A stretch of DNA of 64,000 bases from Laetmonice hystrix (GCA_965235115.1 OZ249436.1:9798001-9862000), one strand, 5' to 3'. Shown: positions 24,986 through 38,902, numbered from the stretch's first letter. The notes: generated by a model from the letters alone, not told the origin. A program made the numbers and translations.

Positions 24986-27900
24986 AGATTTATCTTGGAG
25001 TTGGTTGTTGGTCATCTTAAAGACTGTGATACATGGACTGCTCCAATCCTGCACAATTACATTCATATCAGAACCAGGTGAATGGTTTTAGTCAAGAGCA
25101 ACATGAGAAAATAAGTTACATAAACCTGTATGTAACCTCCTCTAACATTACTTCATCTAGTTAGTGATATACGTAACAATGTATAAATTAAAAGTTGCAA
25201 AAGGTCATAGGTTGATCTATAGATAGCTGCCTTAAAAAAGGGGCAGTCAAGTTACCATTTTGAAATATGTCTCTCCCTTCTCCGAAAAAACAAAAGTGAC
25301 ATTCAGAATTCTTAAGCATATAAAAAACGTAGTGTAAACTGTGAGAGCCATGACAATAAATTATTCCCATCGTATTAGTAAATCAAGTCAGCTGTACACT
25401 TTAAATGACATCAACGTGAACTCTGACATACAGAGCTCTGCTAAACAGACCATATACATTGTAATTAGCAGATTGCCAGCTGGCTTTCCCAGTCACTCTC
25501 CACTGGTATGCCTCCACCAAAAACTCAATCTCTAAACAAACTTCCACAAATAGCTCAGAATATATACAAAGTACAGTAATAAAGACAGTCTCTGACAATT
25601 ATTCTCGTTCCTCTTCTGCACCCTACAAGGCGTGAACTGTTACTCCAGACAAAAATGCTGAGAACCACTTACAATCATTCCTGACTATTGTGGTGATCAT
25701 ACCATCTCTGACCATGCCTGATGCAGGTTATATACTGAGGGTTATCCAGAATGAGGGTCTACATGAGGGAAAACAACAGATTGATATGTATTAGAAAAGC
25801 CCAAACGATTACTATTAGGTTTATGGGTTATCATAATGGAAGAGATAAACAATCTTTAATCAGCTCATGACGCATGGCTTTAGTTTTAGAATTATCTTTT
25901 TCCAAACTAGTTGGCTTGCCACTCAGTCAGAGTGCTGAGACTTTGTTACATTTACTGATTTGGTGAATTAGCACTTCTGCTCATTTTAAAACTTGCCAGA
26001 GCAGTTAGTTATCTTTTTAAGATTAGTCAAAAGAGGTTCAGTTGTATGAGAAAATTGCTTTGCTGACACCCCAATGGATGAGTCATGACTGTGCCCGGCC
26101 AGGTCCAGCCAGGGAGTGTACACAATGAGGCAGCGTACCGACAGGCGGTCCTGGAGTACTCTCCTGATCGAGCTACGACAGCTAGCTATTACAACTCAGC
26201 AGGTATGGCTGTCAGGTGGCTGTCTTGTTGTCAGGTGGCACTGCTGTTGCTACCTGTATGGCGAGCTGATAGGTTGACCTGTTACTGACCTCCACGTCTG
26301 GCAACTTATATTGGATCCTTGCACCGGCTCAGTTTGCCCAGGCGTTGCCACTTCAGCTCATTTGGCTGAAGCTGGCTGCCAGAGTCACTTTGTACAACAG
26401 GTCCAAGAAATAAGACCAGTCTTATTTAGTGCCAGTGTGCTCTTCATGAGCACCAGTCATGGCTCTTCAAAAACGGAGGGGGGAAAGTAAGTCATCTGTT
26501 CTCAACATGACATTCATGTAGGATCATTCCTCTTGCCTGATTTTCTGAGTTCAGAACATGTGTGCTTCACAGCAAACTTGAAGCAAATGTTACGAACAAA
26601 AGATAAATTAACATACAGATACTGCAGACAGAGCAGTGATATAATAACGAAGGAGGAAATCGTAGGTAAACATGATAAAACCTCTGACAATAGATGACTA
26701 TGTTATTTTCAGTATCCAAGCTGTCCCTGTGTTTCACAGGATACCCCCTTTCCAGGCTGAGATACTGTTTTCCGTCCACCTGGCAATCACAATCATTGTA
26801 ATCCAAAGCAAACATCTCGTGTGCATCAGCTCCGGCCGCTCGTTTCCTCCCGTGCCAGTGGGCCACGCCTGGCACCGCTGTTTCCCAGGCAGGCCTCTCG
26901 TACCGTTCTCATCAACGAGTGCCGCCGCCGCAGCACGCCAATGGGAAGCAGCACAAGCCTGGAGTGCTGTCTTCCATCGGCGCCCTACACGTCTGAAAGG
27001 TCCTGATAATCCTACATTTCAGACACTAGCTCCCACGGCCTGACAGTGATAGATTACCCCTTTCCCTACTGTCCCTGACACATCGACCCAACACCAGTTC
27101 AGTCTCCATTCATTACCGTACTGTAAACCACCTAACATTCAACCCAAAACAGCACCATTCAACTGATTTAACCACTGCTATGAGCTCCTTAAATAAACCA
27201 CACGGCTACATGAATATTAGTATTTGAAATGGAGGATGTGGGTCTGTGACAGTTGAATAATTACGGTTGGCTTCAAAGCTCAGTGGAGCTGTGCAGTGCT
27301 CTGAGCGGCATTCCACAGCACAGCACGGTGGGCCCCCATCTGCGCAGATGGTCACCTGCTATGGTGAAGCTAGCTGCAGATGAGTGGCTTCCAATGGAGT
27401 GGGCTGAATCCGACCCTTCCTCAGGTCTTGGGGTCATATAAAGCCAGGCCACTCCCCAGTCGCATGGTGGTTTACCACCTCACCTCTGCTCCACACCAAG
27501 TCAAGGCCTTCACTGATGAAGAAAGTCTACAGCGGCATGATCTGTCTCGGTTCATTCAATAATTCACATTTTTCACTAGCACTGATGGCACTGATTTACC
27601 ATTCATTTTGGCACTATCCTGACATCGAGTTAGATAGACACTGTCATTTCTAACAGACTGATGTGACAGTCCGAAGCTGGCTGATGGCTGATAATGGACA
27701 TCACTGTCATCAGAACCTCAGAGTAGCTAAGTGTTAGGTTTCTGGCATTCAGGGCCCAGCCCCTCTGACCAGTGCAGACCTAAAATGAGACCCATCACCT
27801 CCTACAGGCCCCAGCAGGTGCTCGTGCTGGGTCAGTGCCAAGCCCAACCGCACCACCTCTTCAGTCTCCCCATCCGTGCCACACTTACATTACTACCTAG

Positions 27901-30397
27901 CCCCACTCACAAAGACTCAGGGGTCAAATGCCACCTTCTGTTTCTCATACTGCAAAAACAGAACTCCATCCAGTTGCTATTCATAACTGTACACCACAGA
28001 TAATAGTACATATATTTGATCAATTCATAGCAATTTAAATATATTGATCAGACCTAATTAAGAGAAAAAGCATTACCACACTCCTATCTTGAATTAATTC
28101 TCGAGTTGCAGCTGGTGATATATAGATGGGTTTATATGAGGCCCACGTGAAAAGTTAAATGATCCAATTTGTATGGTTTGCCACTTGAGGCCATTTTCAT
28201 GTTGTAAACTGCATGAAAAATCGGCGACCCTGGATCAGAGCATTGAACTGCTGACCACTTCCTCACTTCCAAGTTCCTTTCAAGACTGTGTAATTCATGT
28301 AACACTTTGTCAGAAAAATAATCATGAGCACCGTTTTCTTATCAGCCCTGGCCGCCATAATGTGGCGATCTTTTTGGGTTGGTAACTCCAAGATGTTGAA
28401 TCACACCTGTCAATAAGCAGACACTCTGCTGGAGATTTCTGGGTCAAGCAATACTATAAAATAACAATAAACTGTAATGTATTAAACCTTCTGGAATAAA
28501 AGTTTTCTACCTGAATCAACTTTCCAATTCCAAAAGATCTTTATTACATAATTTAATCGAGAAGGGAATCCTGCATGTGCTACAAAGCACGTTAATTTGA
28601 AAGAGCAATTCGACCATTCTTTAAAAAAACTATGGAGATTCAACATTTTTCTCCAAAGGCCATTTGAGAACACACTTGGCTTTGACAACCATAATTGCTG
28701 TTGGATTCAATTTCACTAAGCAGTCATAACCATTTTAGATCATCACAAAATCTTGTGTTCTGCCACCTACTTAACAACCAAACTTGTGATCAACCTGGAA
28801 AGGTCATAGAACTTCAAACAGCTGATGACTGGACAGAACCCGATTTTCGGACTCCACACAAGCACTGATATACTTCCTGCGTGTGGTCCCAGTTTAGTAT
28901 TTCAGGTTAGCTGCCAACTGTCAAAGACAACCAATTATTACATGAAGAGGGTACCTGTATGCGCACTGACCTAACAGCCAGTCTGGCTGTCGGCGGCTCA
29001 GGCTGACTCAAGGCTGACCTGGTAGCCTGCCAGTACAACAGCTGCTTAACTCCAGGTCAATTTGGTAGTGTCTGTCAGGCAATCAGAAGCATGACGATTG
29101 ACCCTTCAAGAGACACACATCCGTATTACTAATAGTACAAGTACTGGTGCATGGATAACTAGTCATCTTCTAACAATGTCAGAACCAATGTGGTAAGCAG
29201 TAACCTGCTTTTTTGTTGGTTACTTTCAGCCTGGTATTCAACCAAGTGTTACTCATCTAAGAAAAGTAAAAAAGTGCGATTTTCTTGCAATTTCCGGATC
29301 CACCTTTGTGGAATGCAGGGTCAAATAAAAACAATTCCCCCCCCCCCCCAGGTAACCTAAGAGGAGAGTTGGCCTTGTGCACCCATGAACCTCTTCTCAT
29401 TCGAGTAGGTCATAACTTTAAGGGATCACTGCACGTCATTCCATTCCAACGTTCCTGATATTTCTGATTCATCTCACACCAATGATGAGTATTATGAGAA
29501 AGCGATTAGATAGAAAACATACTAAAGTAGGATGACCTCTCTGTAGGCTCTGTATGATTGTCCCATCAGTAGAGATGATGGTCAATACACTTTATGACAC
29601 AATGCTGACCAACACCATCATTTTTATTTTATTCAAGTCTGAATCATAAGCGATTTAAACTACAAAACTTAAAACTATCCTTTGTGGCATATAGAGCATA
29701 AACTGGGAGAGAAAAAAGATGAAAAGCTACAAGTATGTTTGTACTTTCTTCTTTGAAATAAGGTAAGTCAGAAATGTAGCATTCACGCATATATGCTCAA
29801 CAACAACTCACCCTCGTTCAATGATTGCCACCTTTCTAGGAAGCACAGAACATTAAGAATTTGAGCCAATTTTGGAAGGGTAATATGGCAAGATTCTGAC
29901 ACAACCAGCAATAATTTTAGGGCAGCCCATGATTAGAGAACACTTGCCTAATCACATTGCTGACCCAAAGCTAGCCACTGCTCTCACTTTAAAATGTTGC
30001 AACTGAAAGGCAAGATGCACTTCTGAAAGATTTGAATGGGTTATCCCTGTGGATGGATGCAATAACTACGGGTACCAACAATATCGTTTGGCTAACCTGA
30101 AGCAGAAACCAGACCTCAGAATGACGACCATGGCCAGACGGAACCAGGCCCGCTTTGATTTCAATGGCTGCTCTCCTGGTTAGAATACATGTATTGAATT
30201 TGACATGTGGCATCTTCATGCATGTTCTTTAATTTATGTAACAATCTACCAGGTTCGACTAGGTCTTTCTATGGGTGAACACCTGTATCAGACAATAATC
30301 TGAATATGGCATGGTCGCTTAGCAACACTCATGCAAGAAAATTATACCTAACTATGTAACTTACATTTAAGTGTACTACTGAGATGAGATACGCCTA

Positions 30398-30793
30398 CAG
30401 GGTCCCGGGAGAGCCCACGGCCGCCCGGCCCAGAGCAGCGCGCACATCACGCGGGGCTGTCACTTCAGGGGCGTATAGCTCAAAAATTAAGTCGGGGACC
30501 CCCTTTTTTCTTTTTCTTTTTACGAAGTATACCCTTTGAATTATAATATACTGCAGTTTGAGCCATTTCTAAAATTAATTTATCAATAAAAATGGACAAA
30601 ATGCTTGAAAAAACCTTGATTTCCCATAGGCGGCCATAGTAAACATTTCTCCATCTTTTTTATTTTTTAGAAAAAAAAACTAACTCGGGGACCCCCTAAA
30701 AAAAATTTAGATTTCAAACCTGCATCGTAAGGACTACAAACTGTGAAAAAATCAGGCGGATATCAATAATTTCGAAAATACCCTCGAACCTCC
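30398..30793. mobile_element. Partial DNA transposon with a Kolobok-like right end
   Basis: CpG-rich start, repeated CGGGGACCCCC motif and the terminus GAACCTCC|TTAA. No left TIR was found. Confidence 0.4.
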
Positions 30794-31491
30794 TTAAAAC
30801 AGACTTCATCAATATAGTATGTTCACTGAGTGGATTTCTGCCAATAAATGTGTCTGTGTTGGTGTGGTGGGATTCAACTTTCAGGGCCTGACTCTGAAGG
30901 AATCTAACAGCCCCTGACTGACCTACTTGTACTCCTGCTTCTCACCCACCCTCCTCCCTTTCCAACCCTGCAGCTGCCAACTACAACTTACAAGTCTACC
31001 CATGCCAGGAAAAAAATGGGCCTCCGATGGCAAGGTGTTATTTATACTAAACTGCTCATATACTTGGAGCAGATGTTTATATGTATATATCTTAATAAAT
31101 TACAAAAAAACATCCAACCAGTCCAGATACCTTAAAGAAAGTAGTGACTGTTGTTAACTAGGTCAAATGTGACATACGACTGCTCACAAGCATGTTGCTG
31201 ACTCTCTTGTCCTAGGTTCATCTCCCAGGTCATGTGCAGACCCAACATCTATTTCGTTCACTCAACACTACCTTACACTGAAGGTCTACTTGAGAGGTTC
31301 GAACAGTTATCTTCAGACAACATGGCTCTGCTACACCTTCTCATCATACACAGACACTTATATTGTGTAGATGCAAGTATTGAACTGTGAAAGCACAAGC
31401 ACTGCAGTTATGAGAACCTTGAAATGAGTCTTTCTAAACTCACAACACCGACAGCCTGCATCAAGAAAAATTCATGAGAGAACTTACTAGT

Positions 31492-31812
31492 CAGGGCTCT
31501 CAAAGTTGGCAGGAGTAGCAGGGTACAGAAGAGAAAGTAGCAGGGTACAGCCCTCGGGGGGCCCTCCCCTGGAAAAATTTGAAAAAATGCCCACCCTGAG
31601 ATGCAATTTGCTGGCATCTGAGAGGGGCAATTGTTCATCGCTGACATGTTGTTTTGGTACATGTTGAGGACGTGTGCAGATCCTACATCCAGGAGAGTGA
31701 AAAAAGAACATTGTTAAAAAGATTTTTTGTCATTCAACAAATAGTAGGCGGTGGCAAAACTGGTTTTGGATGGCGTTTTGCCGCCGCTGACCAGGTACTT
31801 TTGAGAGCCCTG
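31492..31812. mobile_element. hAT-like MITE
   Basis: TIRs CAGGGCTCTCAAAGT...ACTTTTGAGAGCCCTG; no clear target duplication. Confidence 0.7.
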
Positions 31813-31879
31813 CCTATTGGAATTCTTACAAACAAAAACAAAGGTCTGACTGTATTTTAGGTATTTTTCTCTAGTTAGG

Positions 31880-32572
31880 GAATGAATTTAGGGAAAATTT
31901 TCTAGGATTCCGGCGGAATCCTAAAAGTGGGTCCATCCAGAAATTTTGGGATTCCGCCTCAGTTTCTTGGATTCCGCTGATTTTTTCAATTATTGACAAA
32001 AAAATTACGACAACTGCTTTTATTTACACCGATTCATGGTCAACCTGAAAGCCAAAGTCTACGAACTAGGCTGCCAATCCCGTTCATGTTTGTTTAGATC
32101 ATACAAACGATCTTTCACCCTCTCTAGGCCCCTTTCCTGGCTCTCTGCCTTCTGTTTCTTCTGAGGAACAGACGATCCTCCCGGACAAAATGCTAAGATA
32201 CTAGCCTGGATGACTGTAGATGTTGGCTGGTAATTTTTAAATGAAATCGTTGGCGGTTCGTTTCTTGAACATGCTTCCGGAAATGGACAGACTCGCAGAT
32301 ATGGCAAAATACCATTTTATAGCCAATGGAATCAGTCGCCTGTAGGTGGCGTGATTTACTGCGGATTACAATGTCAGTAATAATATCGCTTGTTCGTAAT
32401 AACGCTCAGGAGACTGACGGTTTAAAATCGTTTGTCACCAAAAAAAAATATGTCCTACTGAGCTCCTACAAAGTTAGGATTCCGACAGAATAATGGATTT
32501 TCGGCTGGTTACGCTTCCGGACAAAAATCTGGGATCCTCGGAAGCACGGAATCCCGCTAAATTGGCAGCCTG
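31880..32572. mobile_element. Partial hAT-like element with repeated GGATTCCG motifs
   Basis: Subterminal GGATTCCG/CGGAATCC clusters at both ends; right terminus TTGGCAGCCTG. Confidence 0.45.
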
Positions 32573-32838
32573 CTACTAGTGATTTTCGTATTTATGACAA
32601 GGCCTGTTATCAGCACGTTTAAGTGTTCTAGGTCACAAATAAAGAAACATATGGTGGGTTATAAATTTAAGGCCTTGTGATATATCTAAATTCTACTTCT
32701 TTCCATCTATGTCAAATAGCCACATCCAAAAATACCCAGTCAGCAGAGCACACTTTTAAAATCACTATTTTTTCATCACAGCTTGAGCTTAGGAAAATCA
32801 AGTACAATTTTGTCAGGTGGTAAAGAAAGAGTGTGTTG

Positions 32839-32994
32839 CAGGCCTCGAATTACACGATGGCATTGACGACAATTGCCGTCGTGCCTTAAATGTATCGTAA
32901 ATTTGCCGTCATGCCCTGGAAAAATCTGGTGTTGATTCTTATGTATCGACGGCAGTTTTTGCCGTGCCCCTTTTAACTTCTAATTCGAGGCCTG
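32839..32994. mobile_element. 156-bp MITE with a 6-bp target duplication
   Basis: GTGTTG|CAGGCCTCGAATTA...TAATTCGAGGCCTG|GTGTTG; perfect 14-bp TIR. Confidence 0.9.
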
Positions 32995-33939
32995 GTGTTG
33001 TACTCAAGTCAAGGATCATACAACACTTTTGAATGGGCAAGAACTGAGCCAGAGCTGAGGATGGAAATTACCTGTCAAGGTATCTAGTCAATAGCGCCTG
33101 GACTGTCCATGAGGGTGTGCATTCCAGGATAAGGTTTCTATATTCAGGGTCTGTACATTTAGTCTTCATGAAATTCCATGACTTTTGCATAACCCTGAGC
33201 TCTATTTTCAAAATTAAAAGTTACCTCATTTTCAGATTTTGATCATGTCAAAGGGAAACTCCAAGACTATCCAGGATTTCCATGACATATTACCAGGGAT
33301 GTGGCCAGGAAAAATTGAGTGGACGGTAGTTTTACATGAGAGCCAGAATATTATTTTCAACTAGAGAGGGAACAAAATTATTTTGTCAAAGAAATTGGAG
33401 CCGGGAAATTAGTTTACAAAATCTTCATACCCCTATAGTAAAAAACAGACGATATGAGATTATGAGAAGTTATTATGTATGTGCACACATTTAGGCCTAT
33501 CAGATGATAGGCAGGGGTCAATTTCGATGGAAGTCCGTGAGTCCGAGGCTCCCAAATATCGAGATGGGACTCATGGCAGCCATGAGTCTGGCTGTCTCCT
33601 CGATATTTACACACAGATTGATGTGGTTTATAACCCACGATCACCCAGTCTCGGTGATCCGAATATCTGCTACTCAGCAGAGGTCACAAGACTTATGTTT
33701 CACCCAGCCACCCCCGTCATGGCTTGATTACTTGAGTGTTTATGCCAAATTATTATGGCATAAATTTATAACAGTTAACACTGTCTGTAATTAGTCAGTT
33801 TTTTTACATCCAGTTGTGTTGTATTCCCTATAGGATAGTGGACTCCCACATTTCTTGGCGGACTGCTAAATTGTGCAACTTGGGAGTCCTGCTGACTCCT
33901 AAAACATCACGCACTAAATCAACCCCCAATAAGCCATAT

Positions 33940-35050
33940 CGGAGTTACGAGTGCGCATGCTCGGCGATTCGACCTTGACCAAGGTCACGACTGACGGAAC
34001 CCAAACAAACGGCCAGGGAAGCATGTTCAACGAGTGTCAATCCTACTTTTTCCTACTCATTCGCGCATTTCATCAAAATTTATCGGGCCCAATCACTAAA
34101 AACATTTTTCATAGCGGTAGAACATATTAATCTTTAGGCATGGCAATTTTGATAATGATTTATTGCTAAGTTTATTAAATATGACTTTGGATACACCGAC
34201 TCAGTCTCCCGGCAGACAGTGCCGTATCACCGACCTGCGAGCCGGTCGCGGCGGGGAGCAAGTGAGCTCAGGTCCGTCAACACGACCCCCTCTCCCCCGC
34301 CCTGCCTCCTGTCAGTGCCCCAGGCTCGTCCTGTCTCGACTTTTTGTCATTTCATACTGTTTTCGAGTAAGTCTTGGTGAACTACTGCTCCAAAATGTAT
34401 GAAATGTATGGCTGAAATCGGCTGCGGAAGGGTGGGGCCGAGCATCGCGGGCACTGAAGCGCGGGGAGAAAGACATGGGCTAGCTCCTCCCGGCACACCC
34501 GCCCGGGCCAGCCGTGCGCCAAAGCCCACCTATGCCTGTGCTGTGGCTTCCCTCACTGCGTCGGTCTGAGGCGGGCGAGGTTTGAGCTAACTTCCCCTTT
34601 CCAACTGAAAAAAACGGAACCTAGCGGACACAAAAACGGGATAAACAATTGATAATCCTAAATCTTCGTCAACCCATCCATGATTCAACTCATTGTTAGG
34701 ATCTAGGCCTAACATTTTAATGCAATGACCATGCAGTGTCGACAGTTGACAGCTCAAGGAAGCCTCTCCTCTTATCGCGTCATGACAGTCGGTACTTTCT
34801 CTACTGCTGCTGGATTAACTTCGGGCAGAAAATTCCCCCTTCTGCCTCAGGCTGTCAGTTAGACCTCTCCTTCAACAATATGGCGTCAAATCTTCCACCT
34901 TCGATCTCTCAAAATCCTCTAACTTGCAAGTTTCTCCGTCGATCTTCAAATTCACCTCCGCCATCTTACCTTATTCAGGCATACCAGCGGTGACCACGTG
35001 CGTTTGTTTGGGTTCCAAACCCCAATCCCAATCCCACAATGCACCGCGCC
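33940..35050 (-). promoter_or_regulatory. CpG-rich internal promoter-like region of the SAM-domain gene
   Basis: High CpG density; ZNF143-like TCCCACAATGCA (about 35032), E-box CACGTG (34995-35000), YY1-type CCGCCATCTT (34958-34967), and a minus-strand donor-like AAG|GTAAGA near 34970. Confidence 0.55.
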
Positions 35051-35368
35051 AGCTGAGATACCGAAATAGCTTATAGGGTTGGCACTTGAACATTTTTAGC
35101 TTTATGCCGGGTGGTTAAAATCAGTGCCGGTCAGGTACGCCCGGCACCACCTGACTTGGCAGCAATATTGCTTGCTGAACGTTACAAACCTGTAGGAAGT
35201 TATTCAGCATTCCCCTTTATCATTTTAAATCATTTGAAAGTTTATTGAGTCCACCATCAGGCTGTTTTTCAATACCCAGTCAGTGAAGTTTTCAGTACCA
35301 TTGCGCCTTTCAAATGGACTGGTACCAGTGGTAAATTATCATTAAATTAGCATTCGGGTAGACTACTA

Positions 35369-35523
35369 CAGGGCATAATTTACCCAGGTTCGCATCGCAG
35401 TTTGCAACCCAATTTTACCCCTTTGCCATTCAAAAACAGTGTGGTTCGCAATGAATCGCTATTCAAATCCCTTCTGAGTAGCAGTTACTGCGAATCAATT
35501 CTTCTGAAGTAAATTATCCCCTG
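35369..35523. mobile_element. Small MITE with TA target duplication (Tc1/mariner-like)
   Basis: TA|CAGGGCATAATTTAC...GTAAATTATCCCCTG|TA. Confidence 0.75.
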
Positions 35524-36139
35524 TACTATGTAAGATAGGTACTACAGGTGCTTCGTCGAAAGGGTTCCTAATAGACTTCCTATGTTATGTATCCAACTGC
35601 TGAAGGTGCTTATCCTATATACTCCAAATAACACTATATTATAGGCCTATCAGTGAAGTCTAAAGCACTTTCTTGACAGGGGACCATTTCACTAAACACT
35701 CGTATTTTACGAGCTCGTATTTTCTATAGATCATAATAGCAAAATGTACAAGTTATACGAGCTCAAGCGTACAGTCTTAGACTCAGTGAAACGAGCCCCA
35801 GTCTTACTCGTAACTGTACATGTCGGCATGGTCAGTGACACTGATACGGTCATGAGACATAAGAAGTGGAACACAGCAGTGCCAATACTCAAGACAATAG
35901 AGAAAAGGGTCACTTTTTGTTAATGTTTCTCTTTAATTATTTTCACATAACTTACAGTACAAAACTGTCTGGATATTCCAATATAACAAAACAATCATTA
36001 TAAAGCAAAGCAATAGCTTCAAACTCAATTGCTTCCAAGTTCAAACTCTCCTGTCTGAATGAATGAGATCGAGACGTCTTACTTCAATCAGGAGGAGAGG
36101 AGGTTAGGTGGGAAGCTAGATTTGGAGAAGGGGGCTTAC

Positions 36140-36242
36140 CCATATAGGACTGTCGAAGCACAGATACGTTTTCCATGATCTTCTCAAAGTCTTCGGGTAA
36201 AACACCCATGGCTTGTAGTTGATGAGGGCTTAGCTGACATAC
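36140..36242 (-). CDS. SAM-domain gene coding exon 2 (VCQLSPHQLQAMGVLPEDFEKIMENVSVLRQSYM)
   Basis: Acceptor TTCTTTTTAG|, donor G|GTAAGC, 103 nt, phase 0 to 1; completes the SAM pattern (L..L...L..MGV......KI...V..L). Confidence 0.85.
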
Positions 36243-36353
36243 CTAAAAAGAACCACGGTTATAAGAAAAACAACCAAGACTTGATTGACAGGTCGAGATT
36301 TCGATGCAAAACGGGAGCAGCCATGTTGAAAATCGGCCAACATCGTAGCTTAC

Positions 36354-36446
36354 CGATTGTAGGGTCTTGTAGCCGTAAGTCTCAAATCTTTCCGCGTACT
36401 GGCCACACATAAACGTCTCCAGCCATCGCTCCACCGGTCTGGCCAT
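36354..36446 (-). CDS. SAM-domain gene coding exon 1 (MARPVERWLETFMCGQYAERFETYGYKTLQS)
   Basis: ATG in context AATATGG, 93 nt, donor TCG|GTAAGC; the V..WL......QY...F...GY..L pattern is typical of SAM domains. Confidence 0.85.
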
Positions 36447-36479
36447 ATTAAAGGCGATGGGAGGCAAATAGCTCACGTT

Positions 36480-36950
36480 ATAAGACTAAGATGCGCCATA
36501 AACACATTCCGTCCGCTCCTTATCATAATGGCCGCTCATCACGTGACTGGGTAAATTTGGGGTCGCGCGGCCCCAATCAACAATGAAAAGAGGTTGTAGT
36601 GCCGCCGAAGCCGTGAAAAACCAAATCTATCGTCGTGGGTGTCTATGTCTGTTCCACTGATCCAACGACTATTCCTATCGGTCAAGGGTATTTGTAAAGT
36701 ATCTCCCTCCACTGAATGATGAGTCGGGGCATTTATAAACGCACAGAATGCATGCAGCGCCCCAGTACTCGTGCCCGAAGGATGCGAACAGCTCCAGACG
36801 GTGCGCGACTTGTTGTTGGGGCAGGCGGGCGCTTGCTGACACACTTGCCGGTGTGATTCAGTCACGACTCGTGCGGTGGGCGCTGACTAATGTCATCGCT
36901 CTTGGCAGTTACCCTGCGCTACTGGACAAACCATTGGAACGCGCCATAAC
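36480..36950 (-). promoter_or_regulatory. CpG-rich promoter/5' UTR of the SAM-domain gene
   Basis: CpG-dense DNA directly upstream of the first coding exon; TCACGTGA at 36539-36546. Confidence 0.55.
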
Positions 36951-38902
36951 AATTAAAGGACAACATATATTTTTGCTGTCGTCTTCTATGTAATTCCTTA
37001 TGAGTTATGTCACGAGTTTTGCTGTTAATAGTCTTATGCCTGACCTAATTATATATGGCTTATGGGGAGAATAATTAATCCTCGGGTAGTTTAATTAATA
37101 AATGAGTCAATGATATAATTATGGAATTAGTTCTGCGAGATTATCAACAAATACGGTCGAGCAGTGAAGTCTGAGGAAGAGCCTTGGCAGCAGTACAAAT
37201 TGGGAATGCCCTCGTTACTCTTATTACTAATTAATTAGTCCCCTAGACTAGTACGTCCGGTATATAATTATAAGACTATATTTCCCGGCATTTGGTGGGG
37301 TCACGTGACCATTAATTTTAAGCTTTTAAATCATATTGGACAATGCTCTTCGGTTAAATAACCGAATTTGAGACAAAAAATAAACAAACCCTAGGCTTGA
37401 CCCTAGCCGAAATACCAGTAATTTGGAATTGGTACCGGTAATTAAAGTACATTTACACTGCCATATAATAAAATATGTCTAAATCAGTCAATCGCCAAAA
37501 GTGACTTGGGTGTACCATACCATACGGTGGATCAAAATTTGTTCTTTTTATGTAGACCCTATTAATTATTACAATTAGGCCTAGCTAGGGGACTTCAGAT
37601 TATATATAGGCCCTACATAAGATTACAGTATGTTATCTTGTGATATGCACAAGGCGATTTATGGCAAATTATTTGAAGGACTGAAATATATTTAAAAGTT
37701 TCCTCTAAGAATAGTACTGGTACCCCATTGTTTAAATTAAATTATATTCCAGGTATACAGGTGGTATATTTTTTTAGCTCATGTAAAGTACATAAAAAAT
37801 ACAATAATTTCATAATTTTAATGGACTTCGTCGGAGAAACAATTATATTTGGAGGGTAAAAAGATTAGCAGACACGTCTGAGAACCTCACTTTTGGACGT
37901 TTGTGGTTTTGGGAGGACTTAAAAAAATAGTATTTGTGGAAAGGGGGGGGGGGGGAGATTAAAAGTCTAAATTCTGCTGAAAGACACAACTGAACACCTG
38001 GCTGAGGTTTATTTTCATGATTGGAGAGGTGGAAACTGGTTACAGTGGTATCACGATCACCTGCCAACATTGGGGGATCAGAAATTTTAAAGGTGCTAAA
38101 GCCACGAGTCACAGCGGCTGCCTAGAATTTTTAAGGAAAGGCAATTTTTAACCTTACACGTTGACATTATTATAAGTATAGTACTGAGGAATGCCAACAG
38201 TAAGTCACCAAAAACAGGGAACAATCATAAATTGAGGCAGGGGGTATGGGGGCTGCCCAAATTATAATTCTGTTATATATGTTACAATTATGTTAACGGT
38301 ATAAAGAAAAACAAGTAAAGTTTTTTTGTGATATGTAAACTTGAAAAACAGAATAAATCCTAATGTTTGTAATGAAAGAATGGCTTAGAAAATTTGACCT
38401 TTTATGCTTTAGACACTACATAAACATCAAATACAATTGCTGTTTTTCCACTTCAAGGATAAAGACACAGGTAATTCAGTATACTTTTGTTACACAGATC
38501 AACTGCTGCACCTGTAATTATTGTTGCAAGAAGTACCATAATGATTTGATTGATAAATAGTACATGTCTATTACACAATATGATATACATCTGTACTTGT
38601 GAAGCTGATCTAGCAGCTTTATCCTGTGGTACCTTTATCCACATTTCATCACTGTGAAACATATATTTACTCAGGCAACATGTACCACGGATCTAGGAGA
38701 CAATCACCTCTATCAGGAATTGTGATAAAACCATCTGAAACGTCATTCATCCAACTTAGCCTCTATGCAGGAGTACATTTCCATCATCTGAAGGATATAC
38801 TCTCCAGAACAAACAACACTTATTCTCTGTAAACGCAGAGTTTCATTTTATCCCATATATTATGAACATCTCCAGCTTTCACAAAATATTGTAGACTCCT
38901 CT

